Shown: in pieces, positions 1 through 11,230 of the stretch
Numbering within the stretch: position 1 is the stretch's first letter
How the letters are laid out: each line of letters starts with the position of its first letter
Assembly (NCBI GenBank): GCA_051313645.2
Contig: JBNRSN020000007.1
Span: forward strand, 138,942,001-139,006,000
From: Centroscyllium fabricii
Lineage: Eukaryota
Length of the DNA stretch: 64,000 nucleotides
Direction: 5' to 3'
Notes under the pieces: generated by a model
What the model was told of the DNA's origin: nothing
Database searches by the model: none
The model's input: the letters and a program-made list of their open reading frames with translations, nothing else
Position numbers and translations under genes: made by a program

Positions 1-2775
1 TTTCTGGAAGTCAAGGTACACCACATCTACTGGCTCTCCGCCATCTATTTTCCGAGTTACTTCCTCAAAGAATTCCAATAGATTAGTTAAACATGATTTA
101 CCTTTTGTAAACCCGTGTTGACTCTGTCCGATCTCATCCCTACTTGTCAAATGCTCCGAGATTACATCCTTGATGATGGACTCGAGCATTTTGCCCACTA
201 CTGATGTAAGGCTTACTGGTCTATAATTCCCTGCTTTCTCTCTGCCCCCCTTTTTAAAGAGTGGGGTAACATTAGCCACCCTCCAATCCGTGGGTACTGA
301 TCCAGAGTCTATTGAGTTCTGGAAAATGATCCTCAATGCACCCTCTATTTCCGGGGCTACCTCTTTAAGTACCCTAGGATGTAGATTATCAGGCCCTGGG
401 GATTTGTCGGCCTTCAATCCCTTCAACTTCCCCAAAACCATCTCCCTAGAAATAATGATATCTGTCAGCTCCTCCCTTGCCTTGGACCCTATGTTCGCTG
501 CTATCCCTGGGAGGTTGCTTGTGTCCTCCTTTGTGAAGACAGTACCAAAATATGAGTTTAGTTGGTCTGCCATTTCTTTATTCCCCATTATATATTCCCC
601 TGAATCGGACTGCAAGGGACCGACTTGTGATTTTACCAATCTTTTCCTCTTGATGTACCTATAAAAGCTTTTGCAGTCAGTTTTTATGTTTGCTGCAAGC
701 TTACATTCATAATCTATCTTCCCCCTCCTGATTAATCCCTTTGTCTTCCTTTGCTGTATCCTGAACTGCTCCCAATCTTCCGGCCTAGTACTTTTTTTGG
801 CCAATTGATATGCCCATTTTTTGGATTTAATGTTGTCCCTTATTATCCACGGTTGAGTCACCTGTCTAGGTTTATTCTTATGCCAAACCGGTATGAACGA
901 GTTCTGTATTTCTTCCATCCTATACTTGAATGCTTGCCATTGTCTATCCACATTCAATCCCCCCAGGAACACTGCCCAATCTATCTTGCTTAATTCCCTT
1001 CTCATACCTTCATAATTCCCTTTATTTAAATTCAGGACCTTAGTCTCTGAGTTGATCTTTTCACTTTCCATCTCAACTGAGAATTCGATCATATTATGAT
1101 CGCTCCGACCCAAGGGGCCTCGTACAACGAGATTGTTAATTAGTCCCTTCTCATTGCACAATACCCAGTCTAAGATGGCCTGATCCCGAGTTGGTTCCTC
1201 GACATATTGGTCCAGATACCCATCCCGTAGACATTCTAGGAATTCCTCCTCCTCACTATTTTTACTAACTTGGCTAGTCCAATCAATATGTAGATTAAAG
1301 TCGCCCATGACGACAGCTGTGCCCTTATCGCAAGCTTCTCTAATTTCCCTTTTTATGCCGTCCCCCACCTCCATATTACTATTTGGAGGCCTGTATATAA
1401 CTCCCACTAATGTTTTCCGCCCTTTACTATTTCTTAGTTCTACCCATATAGATTCCGTATCATCTGAGCTAATATCCTTCCTTTCAATTGCATTTATCCC
1501 CTCTTTCACCAGCAATGCCACCCCACCTCCCTTTCTTTTGTGCCGATCCTTTCTGAATGTTGTATACCCCGGGATGTTGAGTTCCCAGCCTTGCCCCCCC
1601 TGCAGCCATGTTTCCGTAATTCCAATCAGCTCATATTTGCTTACCTCTATTTCCACAGCTAGTTCATCCACCTTGTTCCTAATGCTTCTTGCATTAAGAT
1701 ACAAAGCCTTTAGGCTTGTTTTGATCACACTATTATGAATTTGTTTGGCCCTTTGTGTTTCTCTCCCTTGCTTATTGTTTCTCACCTTCCTACCATTTGT
1801 TTCTGGCTTCCTATGACCTCCCTCTTTTCCACTACCTATCCCATCCCCCTGCCAAGTTAGTTTAAACCCTCCCCAACCATGCTAGCAAACCTCCCCGCCA
1901 GGATATTGGTCCCCTTCCGGTTAAGGTGGAGACCGTCTTCCCCATACAAGTCCCACCTTTCCCAGAAACAGGGCCAGTTATCCAGGAAACTAAAGCCCTC
2001 CCTCCTGCACCAATTCTTGAGCCACGTATTAAGCTGCTCTATCCTTCTATTTCTATACTCACTAAATCGTGGCACAGGGAGTAATCCAGAGATTACAACC
2101 TTTGAGGTCCTGCACTTCAACTTTCTGCCTAGCTCCCTGAATTCTTGTTGCAGGACCTCCTCCCTCTTTTTACGTGTGTCGTTGATTCCTATGTGTACAA
2201 CGACCTCTGGCTGGTTTCCCTCCCATTGCAGGATGTCCTGCAGCCGTTCCGTGACATCCTTGACCCTGGCACCAGGGAGGCAACAGACCATCCTGGAGTC
2301 ACGTCTACGGCCACAGAAACGCCTATCTGCTCCCCTTACGATAGAGTCCCCTACCACTATTGCTCTCTCATGCCTTTTCCCCCCCAGCTGAACAGCAGAA
2401 GCAACCTCAGTGCCCGGAGGTTGGCCACTGCTGCTTTCCCCTGGTAGGTCGTCCCCCCCAACAGTATCCAAAGCGGTATACTTGTTCGTGAGGGGGATGG
2501 CCGCAGGGGTTTCCTGCTCTACCTGCCTGGCCCTACTGTTCTTTCTGCTGGTCACCCATTCCTCTTCTGCCTGCACACCCTTAGCCTGCGGTGTGACCAG
2601 CTCATTGTATGAGTAATTCACGCTCCCCTCAGCTTTGCGAATGCTCCCTAACCCATCCACCCTCAGTTCCAGTGCCGCAATGCGGTTAGTCAGTAACTGA
2701 AGGTGGACGCATTTCCCGCACACATGGCCACCAGGGGCTCCAGTGGTGTCCCTGGCTTCCCACATGTGGCAGGAT
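1..2775 (-). mobile_element. CR1-clade LINE (HER1-like): ORF1 plus the 5' part of ORF2; runs off the window start
   Basis: The minus strand of 1-1730 reads as APE endonuclease, linker and early RT (KSPGPDNLHP, NYKPVSLTSVVGK, QHGFTKGK, VYLDFQK). Bases 1-720 are nearly identical to 46062-46778. Confidence 0.92.
1857..2765 (-). CDS. CR1 ORF1 protein (Cys-rich N-terminus, coiled coil, SGNH/GDSL esterase domain)
   Basis: 302-aa ORF with VVGDSIVR, CCLPGARV, VHIGIND and DGLHLNRKG esterase blocks and an N-terminal CGKC; typical of vertebrate CR1 ORF1p. Confidence 0.9.
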   Translation of the reverse strand: MWEARDTTGAPGGHVCGKCVHLQLLTNRIAALELRVDGLGSIRKAEGSVNYSYNELVTPQAKGVQAEEEWVTSRKNSRARQVEQETPAAIPLTNKYTALDTVGGDDLPGESSSGQPPGTEVASAVQLGGKRHERAIVVGDSIVRGADRRFCGRRRDSRMVCCLPGARVKDVTERLQDILQWEGNQPEVVVHIGINDTRKKREEVLQQEFRELGRKLKCRTSKVVISGLLPVPRFSEYRNRRIEQLNTWLKNWCRREGFSFLDNWPCFWERWDLYGEDGLHLNRKGTNILAGRFASMVGEGLN

Positions 2776-3006
2776 TAAAATGTTAACAGTAGTTTGCCAG
2801 ATGCTGCATATATCTAATTTCTAATTGCCATATGTTAAAACAGTTGATTGGAGATTGGGAAACAGTCCCAGAAATGATGAGTTACAAACTGTTAGCCCAT
2901 GGTTTACAACAGAGTCAAGATTCAATATTTTGTTTGATTTCATCTCACAAAAAAAGTGCTTTAGCATCAAAGAAGATCGGATGAATGAATGTGTGCGAGC
3001 GGACTA

Positions 3007-3776
3007 CAGGTTGAGCACCGTTAATCCGGCACCCTCGGGACCAGGCCGGTGCCGGACTACTGAAAATGCCGAACCACTGAAGGCTCGGGGAGTGCATGCG
3101 CAGACCAGTCCAAGTGGCCACAGCTCGCGCGTGTGGTGAACCACTGTTTGTACATAGTTGCCTCTTGCCTGTGTGTATACATGCTTGAAGCTGACTCCAC
3201 CCCCAGCCTACCTGATATAGGCCCAGAGTCTGGGAGCCTGACCCACTACAAGGAGTTGCCAGTCAGTCTAAGGATGTTCCAGGGTTCTTAGTGAATAAAA
3301 GCCTCAGTTGTATTCTCAACTTTGTCTCGAGTATAATTGATCATGCATCAGCGCGTAGACCAGTCCAAGTGGCCGCAGCGCGTGTGTAGACCAGTCCAAG
3401 TGTCTGCTGCGCGCGGGTAGAACAGTGCAAAGAGTGAGGGAATAGGAGGTACGTAGATTCGCGGTCCTGGGACTCTCCGGTGCTCAAATAAATTGCCCGC
3501 CTACCTGGTGGTCTGGGAGGTAGGGAGGTTCGCGGTCCTGGGACTCTCTGGTGCTGCCGCGGAGAGGCCCGCGCATCGCGGGGTGCTGGCGGGTAGAGGC
3601 CCGCGCATCGCGGGGTGCTGGCAGTTCGTGAGCATCCCTGGAATCACGTGGGCCGGCCAGTGGGAAACAGTGGTGCCGAGTGGCTGCTCCGCAAACTGCA
3701 AACCGCCGGTTTCGATTCGTGCCGGACCACTGAAGGTGCCGAATTATCGGGTGCCGGATTACCGGTGCTCAACCTG
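3007..3776. mobile_element. Tc1/mariner (Tigger/pogo-like) MITE
   Basis: TIR CAGGTTGAGCACCG...CGGTGCTCAACCTG with TA on both sides (3005-3006, 3777-3778). The same TIR occurs at 13994 and 17300. Confidence 0.88.
3132..3350 (+). mobile_element. Solo LTR (family X) nested in the Tigger-like MITE
   Basis: TG...CA termini, internal AATAAA, 5-bp TSD GCGCG (3127-3131, 3351-3355). Ends resemble 39979-40263. Confidence 0.82.
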
Positions 3777-4407
3777 TACCAGCTTTGAGGTCAGTCAGTG
3801 CCCGATACCAACCGAGGCGCATCAAACTGCATGCACATTTTTGGGGGCTTATTTATCTCATGTGGAACATCTCTATCTGAAAGACCCATCTCAAGACTGC
3901 ATTGTCTACCAAGAGGAGGCTCTTCCGTTTCATTTGAGGAAAGTACAAAAAGCTGCAAGCAGTATTTGTTGTGCCATTGGTCTGCCACAATAGGAAGACT
4001 GACACTTGAAAGCAGTCATTGAGTCCTTTTTGGACGATGTCCAGATGTCGTACCTAATTATTGCGCTGTGTAACATTTTGCGTTTTTTTCCCAGTTTTTG
4101 CAAATCGCTTCAACAACAATGACTGCACTTCAAAGGTAATTTGTTGCCTGTGAAGCATTGTTCGGAGAGTGTGAAAAGCGCTACATAAATGCAAGCTCTC
4201 TCTTTCTTAATTGTAAATAAATTTGGCCAGTAATTTAACCTGTGCAAAGCAGGCAAACTTTGGAAGGTTTTCTACCTTACGAATTGATGTGGCGAGTGTC
4301 TTACATGCTCTCCGCATAACAGTTTATCGATAATTCAGATGGGGGTGAGGTAATAGACCCAGGTTCCAGCTCCAAGGTGCAGTTACACTTTCCCAAACAG
4401 AGCCAAT

Positions 4408-5122
4408 GGCGTCAATTTTCCCATCGGTGCAAGGAATTGGCGGGTTTCGGGCAGGTCAGGTTACTGACCCGAATGTTAAAGGGCCTGGGAGCCGCACGCA
4501 ATTTTGGCTCAATTGGCCAATTAATTCCCCACGTGGGATCCCCTGACAATTGATTTATTTAAGACAGAAAGCCGGCGGGGTTCCCGCTGTGGAACCACCA
4601 GGGCCCTTGATTGACAAGTATAAGTAGTTTGTTTCACTAGCAACCTCTTGACAGCTAGGGACGACCTATCTGTCAATCAGTAGAAATCAGCTGGAAGGTG
4701 AGTTTTTGAAAGGTTTTTTCCCCCACTGATCTTGTTCACCCTAGGGAGACAGTTAGATCTCCAGCATGCTAGAGCCCAGGAAGGAATTCTGCTGCAGCTG
4801 ATTGAATGCCTTGAAGGTGAAAGTCAGCAAGCCGAATGTATCCCCATTAGGTTTCACCGGTGGGGTTTCCGGCTGGTGGGTTATGGGTGGGAAACGCTTC
4901 AAAATCACAGGGGGCCCTTAAAATGGCATTATACATGCCAATTAAGAGTACTTAATGTGCCTTACAATCATTCCCGCCGGCCACCAGCGGGAAAGATTCG
5001 GGGCGGCTAGACACGGCGGCGGGAAATCGCAAAGCGCCGGGGGTCGGGACCATGCCGGTTTTGGTATTTTGCGCCCATCCCTGCCGAAAAGCCCGCCTGA
5101 CAACTCGCTGAAAATTGACGCC
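4408..5122. mobile_element. Non-autonomous PIF/Harbinger element (family C)
   Basis: TIR GGCGTCAATTTTC...GAAAATTGACGCC, 3-bp TSD AAT. Subterminal blocks (GGGCCCTTAAAATGGCA, AATTGGCCAATTAATTCCCC) are shared with the autonomous element at 59636-63891. Confidence 0.85.
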
Positions 5123-5546
5123 AATGGCTCTCAAGTTCACTATAGATTGGGCAGCAAGTTTGCACTGGCTTTCCCAACCCCAATATATACTTCCTGTTTC
5201 TAAATTCAGTTTCAATCCTTTTGACATTCTAACGTCACCGTTTTAAGGCTGTCCCGAGTAATACTGTGCACTGTTAAACAAACTGCTGATGACCACATTA
5301 ACGATGTTTGGTCAGTTGCTGGTCAGGTGTGAGACCCTGCAATCCATAGTCAGATCGTCAGTGAGATCATCCATCAATTTTAGCATCACACTAAATTGGT
5401 TTGCAATGCTAACTGGGGTTCCGATTCCGGCCGCCATGGAGGGGACCCCCTCAAGGTAGAGTTGAATCGCCCGGCGTGGGCGGTGGGATGAGGGATGAGG
5501 CTGTCGGAGAGCGAGGAGAGCGGGGAGCCCGGAGGACTCGGGGAGG

Positions 5547-5914
5547 GTGGCCGCAGCAGTGGAGGAGCTGCGTGGGCCGCAGCAGTGGAGGAGCTGCGTG
5601 GGCCGCAGCAGTGGAGGAGCTGCGTGGGCCGCAGCAGTGGAGGAGCTGCGTGGGCCGCAGCAGTGGAGGAGCTGCGTGGGCCGCAGCAGTGGAGGAGCTG
5701 CGTGGGCCGCAGCAGTGGAGGAGATGCGTGGGCCGCAGCAGTGGAGGAGATGCGTGGGCCGCAGCAGTGGAGGAGATGCGTGGGCCGCAGCAGTGGAGGA
5801 GATGCGTGGGCCGCAGCAGTGGAGGAGATGCGTGGGCCACAGTAGTGGAGGAGATGCGTGGGCCGCAGTAGTGGAGGAGATGCGTGGGCTGCAGCAGTGG
5901 AGGAGATGCGTGGG
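5547..5914. repeat. GC-rich minisatellite, 26-bp unit CGTGGGCCGCAGCAGTGGAGGAG(C/A)TG, about 14 copies
   Basis: Tandem array visible directly; it explains the overlapping repetitive ORFs here. Confidence 0.95.
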
Positions 5915-6127
5915 CCTGGGTAAGCAGGAGAAGCATCGAAGGAGCTACCGGGAAAACATTGGGGCGAATGAAACAACATAAAGAACTTTGCATGCAGGAG
6001 AGGTCGGAGCGGTGCGAGAACGGGACTTGCGATTGATGGCGCTGGTGAGGTGGCTGCCATCTCACGGGCTCCGGGCGTGTCGGGCAGCTTAGTGTTCTTT
6101 GTTGCGCGGTGCGTTCGAACCGTGAAA

Positions 6128-6195
6128 AAAGCATTTCACTATCTAGATTACACTTGTATTTAGTACATGAGACAAATAAAATTGAAATTGAAATA
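6128..6195 (+). mobile_element. LINE-type 3' tail (Rex/Babar- or RTE-X-like) ending in (ATTGAA)n
   Basis: GCATTTCACT...TACATGAGACAAATAAA followed by short repeats. A similar tail lies at 37085-37146. Confidence 0.5.
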
Positions 6196-7761
6196 ATGTC
6201 GGTGATCAAAGTGCTTCCTAAGTAACCCGGGGGGGGGTGTCAATCTTCATATTCAGCATATACAAATATAAAGATGTTGTAACAAAACTGAACTCTCAAT
6301 GTTCCCTCCCTCCTACAGGGGCAGTATTTCACATAGTCACTGTCCACCCCCAAGTGGGAGAACTGTCCGAACAAAGCCACATCCTACATAACAAACAGCT
6401 TGTTATTTTGCCAGCACTTCTTGTAAAAGTGAAATAAAGGATAGTTTTACAGGAGGCATGCTTAAAACCCTGGTCAGCCCTAAATCTTTTTTTTTTTAAA
6501 AGCACAACAAAGGATTATTTCACAAATGTAAGTACAATCGAGAGTGGCCATTCGGCCCATCTAGCTAATCCTTCTGCTCCAGTAATTTCCACGAGGGTTG
6601 TCCCAAACTCCTGCCATAACAAAGCAGAAGACTGGCGGTAATCCCAGAGAAACGCCGCCAATAGCCGACTTTACATTTGATCAAGGAACATCCTGTGGAC
6701 ATTCTACCCATTCATCCCTTCTCCTTCCCCCCCTTCCCAATCACAACATGCAACTGTTGAATAAATCCTGGGATTTTGCCTCCACTACCCTGCCCAAAGA
6801 CCAGCGGTATTAATCAGTGTGCGGCGTGTTTCCTGACCTCAGTCCTGACCTTGCCTTTCACCAGTTTATACTTATGAGACCTTATCCTGCAGTTTAATTT
6901 GAGCTTGACGTCAGTGTTTTACTGCTGTAATCTTAGTCAAATATTAACAGAATTACTGTTTACCTCAAGGCTTTCTAATACAGGTATGTAGTCCCTTTAT
7001 TGCATTGCAGTAACATTCCACACATCAGTGTTCAATACTGAACCCGGGTTCAGTGTTTTCCGATAGAAATTGCTGACTAACCACAGGTGTGGTTACAGCT
7101 ATACCGTTTTAGCCACATGCACTAACTTTCATAGAAAACACCTTACACACTCACACAATCCAGGTAAATGTACTTCACATGTGTATATTTACTTAGCAAA
7201 TATCTCCCTCCATTCAGTAACCAAGGAAGTAAAGCATGCTCAATGACCAAAAAACTCGGCTTTTCATCTCACCATTTTACCAACAACCGCATGAAAAGGT
7301 TAAAGTTCACGAGCATACGGCATGTATATTAGGTGTATTGAGATCGCACGCCCAACAACTCTATCTATTACTCATTTGTTATTTACAAATCCAAAGTACA
7401 ATTAGCCGCATCTGGATTCCCAATGTGGCTAGTGACTAACTTATTGGACAACACTAGCTTAGTCATTGTAGCTGCAACTTGCAAGCGGACTTCCAATGTG
7501 GAAATGTACTTTGCCGGCAGACCAGCAGTGCCATGAACTTTCAGAGTTCACCGCTGCTTCCTCATTACTGACCCTTACCTACACAGTAGCGTGTAAATGC
7601 CAACATTTTCACAGCCTGATAAACTCATTGTTTGCAGACTGCCCATCAATCACAACATTTCTGAGCGAGCCAAAAAGGTTTCATTCCCATAAATCAAATG
7701 TTCAATGAATATGATAGACTGTGATAAATTGGAAACACAAAACTGTGCTTTTGCACACTTT

Positions 7762-8583
7762 GGGGGGGATTTTCATGTCTCCGTGAGGCGGGGTTTTGGG
7801 CGGCCCGGTCAGCAAAATAGCGTAACCAGCGGGTCCCGCCCCTCCCCGCCAGATCCCCGCCGCTTTCTCATTTTCCCCCGCCCAGAAACCTTCCCGCCGC
7901 CGACCGGCGGGGCTGGATTGTCACCTCGTTAAGGGCCCTTAATTGGCATCTTTAATAGCATTTTAAGGGCCCTCAGCCATTTTGCCCTGTTTCCCGCCCT
8001 AACCCCGTCACCTTAAACCCCGCTGGGTGAAACCCAGCGGGAGCACAGCGCTGGTTATTACTGTTGGACTATAACCTGGTGTTGTGTGACTTCTTGCATT
8101 TATTACTTTCTCCTTCAAGGTGTGAAGGACATGCTGCCAAATGCTTGGCATGCCTCCAGCACCTTAGAGGAGTAAGTTACTTCGTTCTGTCTGCAGCAGC
8201 AGCTGTGAGCAGAAACTGAGAAGTCTCAGCTCTGCACAGTTCCTAACAGCCGCTGCGAGTTGTGAGGGATTCTGAGCCCGCCCACCCACCTGTCAGTCAC
8301 CAGTACTTGGCCTTTCCCATTGGCTCCACTCCACTGTGATGTCACAGTGGAGTGTTTCCATGGGAACTGACAACAACCAGTGCTGGAACTGTCCATCAAA
8401 CTGCTCGCAGCCCCGATGCAGCCCGACTGGATTGACCTAATTACCTCCCGGTACCACCGACGGGGATTTAACAACCTAATTAAACTAAAATTGCGTGGCC
8501 TTCCCAGCTGTTTGGGCGGGCGGGACCGGAGCCGCCCAGACTAATCCCCGCCAGGTTCCCGCCCTTCCGGCGAAATCCCCCCC
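7762..8583 (+). mobile_element. Non-autonomous Harbinger MITE, family A (carries a Penelope-like fragment at 8061-8100)
   Basis: GGGGGGGATTTTC...GAAATCCCCCCC ends; collinear with the copies at 9059, 19732, 22983 and 25748. The TSD is not intact (TTT/AAT). Confidence 0.88.
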
Positions 8584-8674
8584 AATGTTGGCACAATAGC
8601 AACAGAAGTACACGGGCAACTCCCCTGGGTACACCTACAGTAGCGACACCAAGTCTATCACCCACCAACAGCCT

Positions 8675-8855
8675 GTATTGACACAGTGCCTTTAACCTAG
8701 TAAAACATTCCAAAGCGCTTCACAGGAATGTTATAAAGTAAAATTAGGGCAGATGACAAAAAGCTTGGTCAAAGAGGTAGGTTTTAAGGAGCGTCTTAAA
8801 GGAGGAAAGAGAGGTGGTAGAAAAGCTGAGAGGGTTAGGAAGGGAATTCTAGGCC
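8675..8855 (-). mobile_element. L2 LINE 3' fragment
   Basis: CAAAAAGCTTGGTCAAAGAGGTAGGTTTTAAGGAGCGTCTTAAAGGAGG block, shared with other L2 tails in the window. Confidence 0.7.
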
Positions 8856-9024
8856 CAACTCCCAATAAGAACTTGCATTTATATAGTACCTTTAATGATC
8901 TCCAGTCATCCCAAAGCACTTGACAGCCAATGAGGTACTGTTGTAATGTAGGAAATGCAGCAGCCAATTTGCCATAGCAAGCTCCCGCTAACAGCAATGA
9001 AATAAATTACCAGATCATGTGTTT

Positions 9025-9906
9025 CAGTTCTGACGAAGGGTCATCGACCTGAAACGTTGGGGGGGGGGATTTTCATGTCCCCGTGAGACGGGGTTTTCGA
9101 CAGGTCGGGACCACCACCCCCCCCCCCCCGCCCACCCGCCAGATCCCCACCGCTTTGACATTTTACCCCGCCCTGACTCCCCGCCCCGAAACCTGCCCGC
9201 CGGCGGCCAGCGGGGATGGGTTGTCACCTCGTTAAGGGCCCTTGATTGGCACGTGCAATGCCATTTTAAGGGCCCTTCTGAATTTTCATCCCATTCCCAC
9301 CCTAACCCCGCCAGCCTAAAACCCCGCTGTGAAACCCAGCGGGAGCACAGTGCTGTTCATTACTTTCTCCTTCAAGGTGCTGAAGGACATGCTGCAAAAT
9401 GCTTCGCTGGCCTTCAGCACCTTAGAGGAGTAAGTCACTCCGTGGTGGGTGCACCAGCTGTGGGCAAAAACAGAGAAATCTCAGCTTTGCACATTTCCTG
9501 ACAGCTGGTGCGGAGCGGTCAAGGATTCGGAGCCCACCTGCCCACCTGTCAGTCACCAGCACTTGACCTTTCCCATTGGTTCCACTTGACTGTGATGTCA
9601 CAGTGGAGTGTTTCCATGGGAACTGTCAACAACCAGTGCTGGAACTGTCAATCAAGCCTCTCGCAGCCGGCTACAGCTCCGACTCGATTGAGTCAATTAC
9701 CACCGGCTGCCGCACGCGGAGATTTAATTACTCAATTAAATTAAAATTGCGTGGGGTTGCCAGGTCTTTGGGCGGGCGGGACAGGATCCCGCCCCGACCA
9801 ATCCCCGCCAGGTTCCCGCACTTCCGGTAAAATTACCCCATTAACTCTGTTTCTCTCTCTACAGATGCTGCCTGACCTGCTGAGTATTTCCAGCATTTTC
9901 TGTTTT
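9025..9906 (+). mobile_element. Penelope-like repeat (family 2) with a minimal hammerhead motif, interrupted by a MITE
   Basis: CAGTT-CTGACGA-AGGGTC-ATC-GACCT-GAAAC-GTT at 9025-9058 resumes at 9840 as (T)TAACTCTGTTTCTCTCTCTACAGATGCTGCC. The same repeat occurs at 11130, 25595, 29210 and 48555. Confidence 0.75.
9059..9839 (+). mobile_element. Non-autonomous Harbinger MITE, family A
   Basis: Poly-G-ATTTTC...AAAATTACCCC ends. TSD GTT/ATT, with one CpG-type change. Confidence 0.88.
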
Positions 9907-10165
9907 TGTGATTTTGGTTGAGGGATTTTCAAAATAGTGTAATGGAATATTTGACGTTCGCCTGAGAGAGCAGACAGGCCCTCAGTTTAACATCACATCT
10001 AACAATGCAGCTCCCCAGTGACGTGCCAGCCTGGGCCGTGTGTTCAGGTGTGTGCTCGTGTCCGAAACGAGACTTGAACCCACAGCCTTCCGAGGTGAAA
10101 GCACTACCACTGAGCCACAGTTGACAAAAGCAATGGCATATTTTCTCAATGCAAAGTAGAATAAT

Positions 10166-11061
10166 GGGGGGGATTTTTGGAGGGCCGTAAGTGCGGGGTT
10201 GCGGCGGGGCGGGGGCTAAAATCGTAAATCCGGGGGGCGGGAAGCCACCCCGCCGGATCCCCGCCGATTTATCGGGCGGGTTTTGCCGCCCCGAATGTTT
10301 CCCGCCAGCCGCCGGCGGGGATACAGATGGTGGTTGTTGAGGGCCCTTAATTTGATGGGTAATCCTATTTTAAGGGCCCTCAGCTATTTTAACCCTCTTG
10401 CCACCCAAAACCCGCCTAGTGGGAACCCGGCTGGTGAAAGGTGGTGGGCACCCAGTCGGCTGGGTGTCTGCCAACTTCAAGGCATGGGCACGGCATCCAC
10501 ACAGCAGTTTACTAGCCTCCATCATGCTGAAAGTGCAGCTGCCACCCAAAGGTGGAAAATGCAGTGCCCCAAAAAATAGAAATCACTCACCTTTAAATCC
10601 CTGCTATTCATAGAGATCGGCATGCTGCGCTGTCTGTGTCAGCCAAACTGTCAATCACCCAGGGGATCAATTTCTGTTTACATTCCATTGAAACCACAGT
10701 GAGTGAGTTCAACTGTTTGTTTTGTTGTTTCAGTGTTCCCTTTCATAATGTGAGTCACAAAGGCTGTGTCAACATGGAAACAAAGGAACCACTTGAGCAC
10801 TGTCAATCAGGCTTAGTGGCTTCTTACTACTCAGACTATTCAGGGCTGTCAATCAACAGCCCGCCCCACTCAAACTGTGAATGGAAAGGGTTGCGTTCCC
10901 GTCCAATAGTGTGTATTGGAAGCCCAGCAGACCGGCGGGGATTTAATTGGCTACTTGAGCCAAAATCGTTCGGGCCTCCCAGGTCCTTGGGCGGGCGGGA
11001 CAGAAAGCTGACCCGCCCAAAACCCGACAGCCTCCCACAGCATTTTTTAAAAAATCCCCCC
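10166..11061 (+). mobile_element. Non-autonomous Harbinger MITE, family B
   Basis: GGGGGGGATTTTT...AAAAATCCCCCC, TSD AAT; collinear with 40968-41873. Confidence 0.9.
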
Positions 11062-11127
11062 AATGTGCCTGTTGAATTGAGCACTACTTTTCTTAATCAA
11101 CTGGTGGAAGGATCTTAGAACGATAGC

Positions 11128-11230
11128 AAAACACTGCGGATGCTAGAAATCCAAAACAACAACAGAAAATGCTGGAGAAACTCAGCAGGCCAGGCAGCAT
11201 CGGTAGAGAGAGAAACAGAGTTAACGTGAC
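11128..11230 (-). mobile_element. Penelope-like family 2 fragment
   Basis: ACTGCGGATGCTAGAAATC...AACAGAAAATGCTGGAGAAACTCAGCAGGCCAGGCAGCATC...GAGTTAACGT. Confidence 0.7.

Larger units (their letters stand above)
8866..10120 (-). mobile_element. SacSINE1-like Deu-SINE split by later insertions (pieces at 8866-9020 and 9930-10120)
   Basis: Tail AAGAACTTGCATTTATATAG at 8866 and tRNA-like head ACCACTGAGCCACAG at about 10105-10120. Confidence 0.65.

Noticed and set aside
1-720. Segmental duplication with 46062-46778
   Set aside because: Similarity is confined to CR1 ORF2 sequence, so these are independent copies of one subfamily.
5386-6209. Several overlapping 116-252 aa ORFs
   Set aside because: Artefacts of the GC-rich 26-bp minisatellite.
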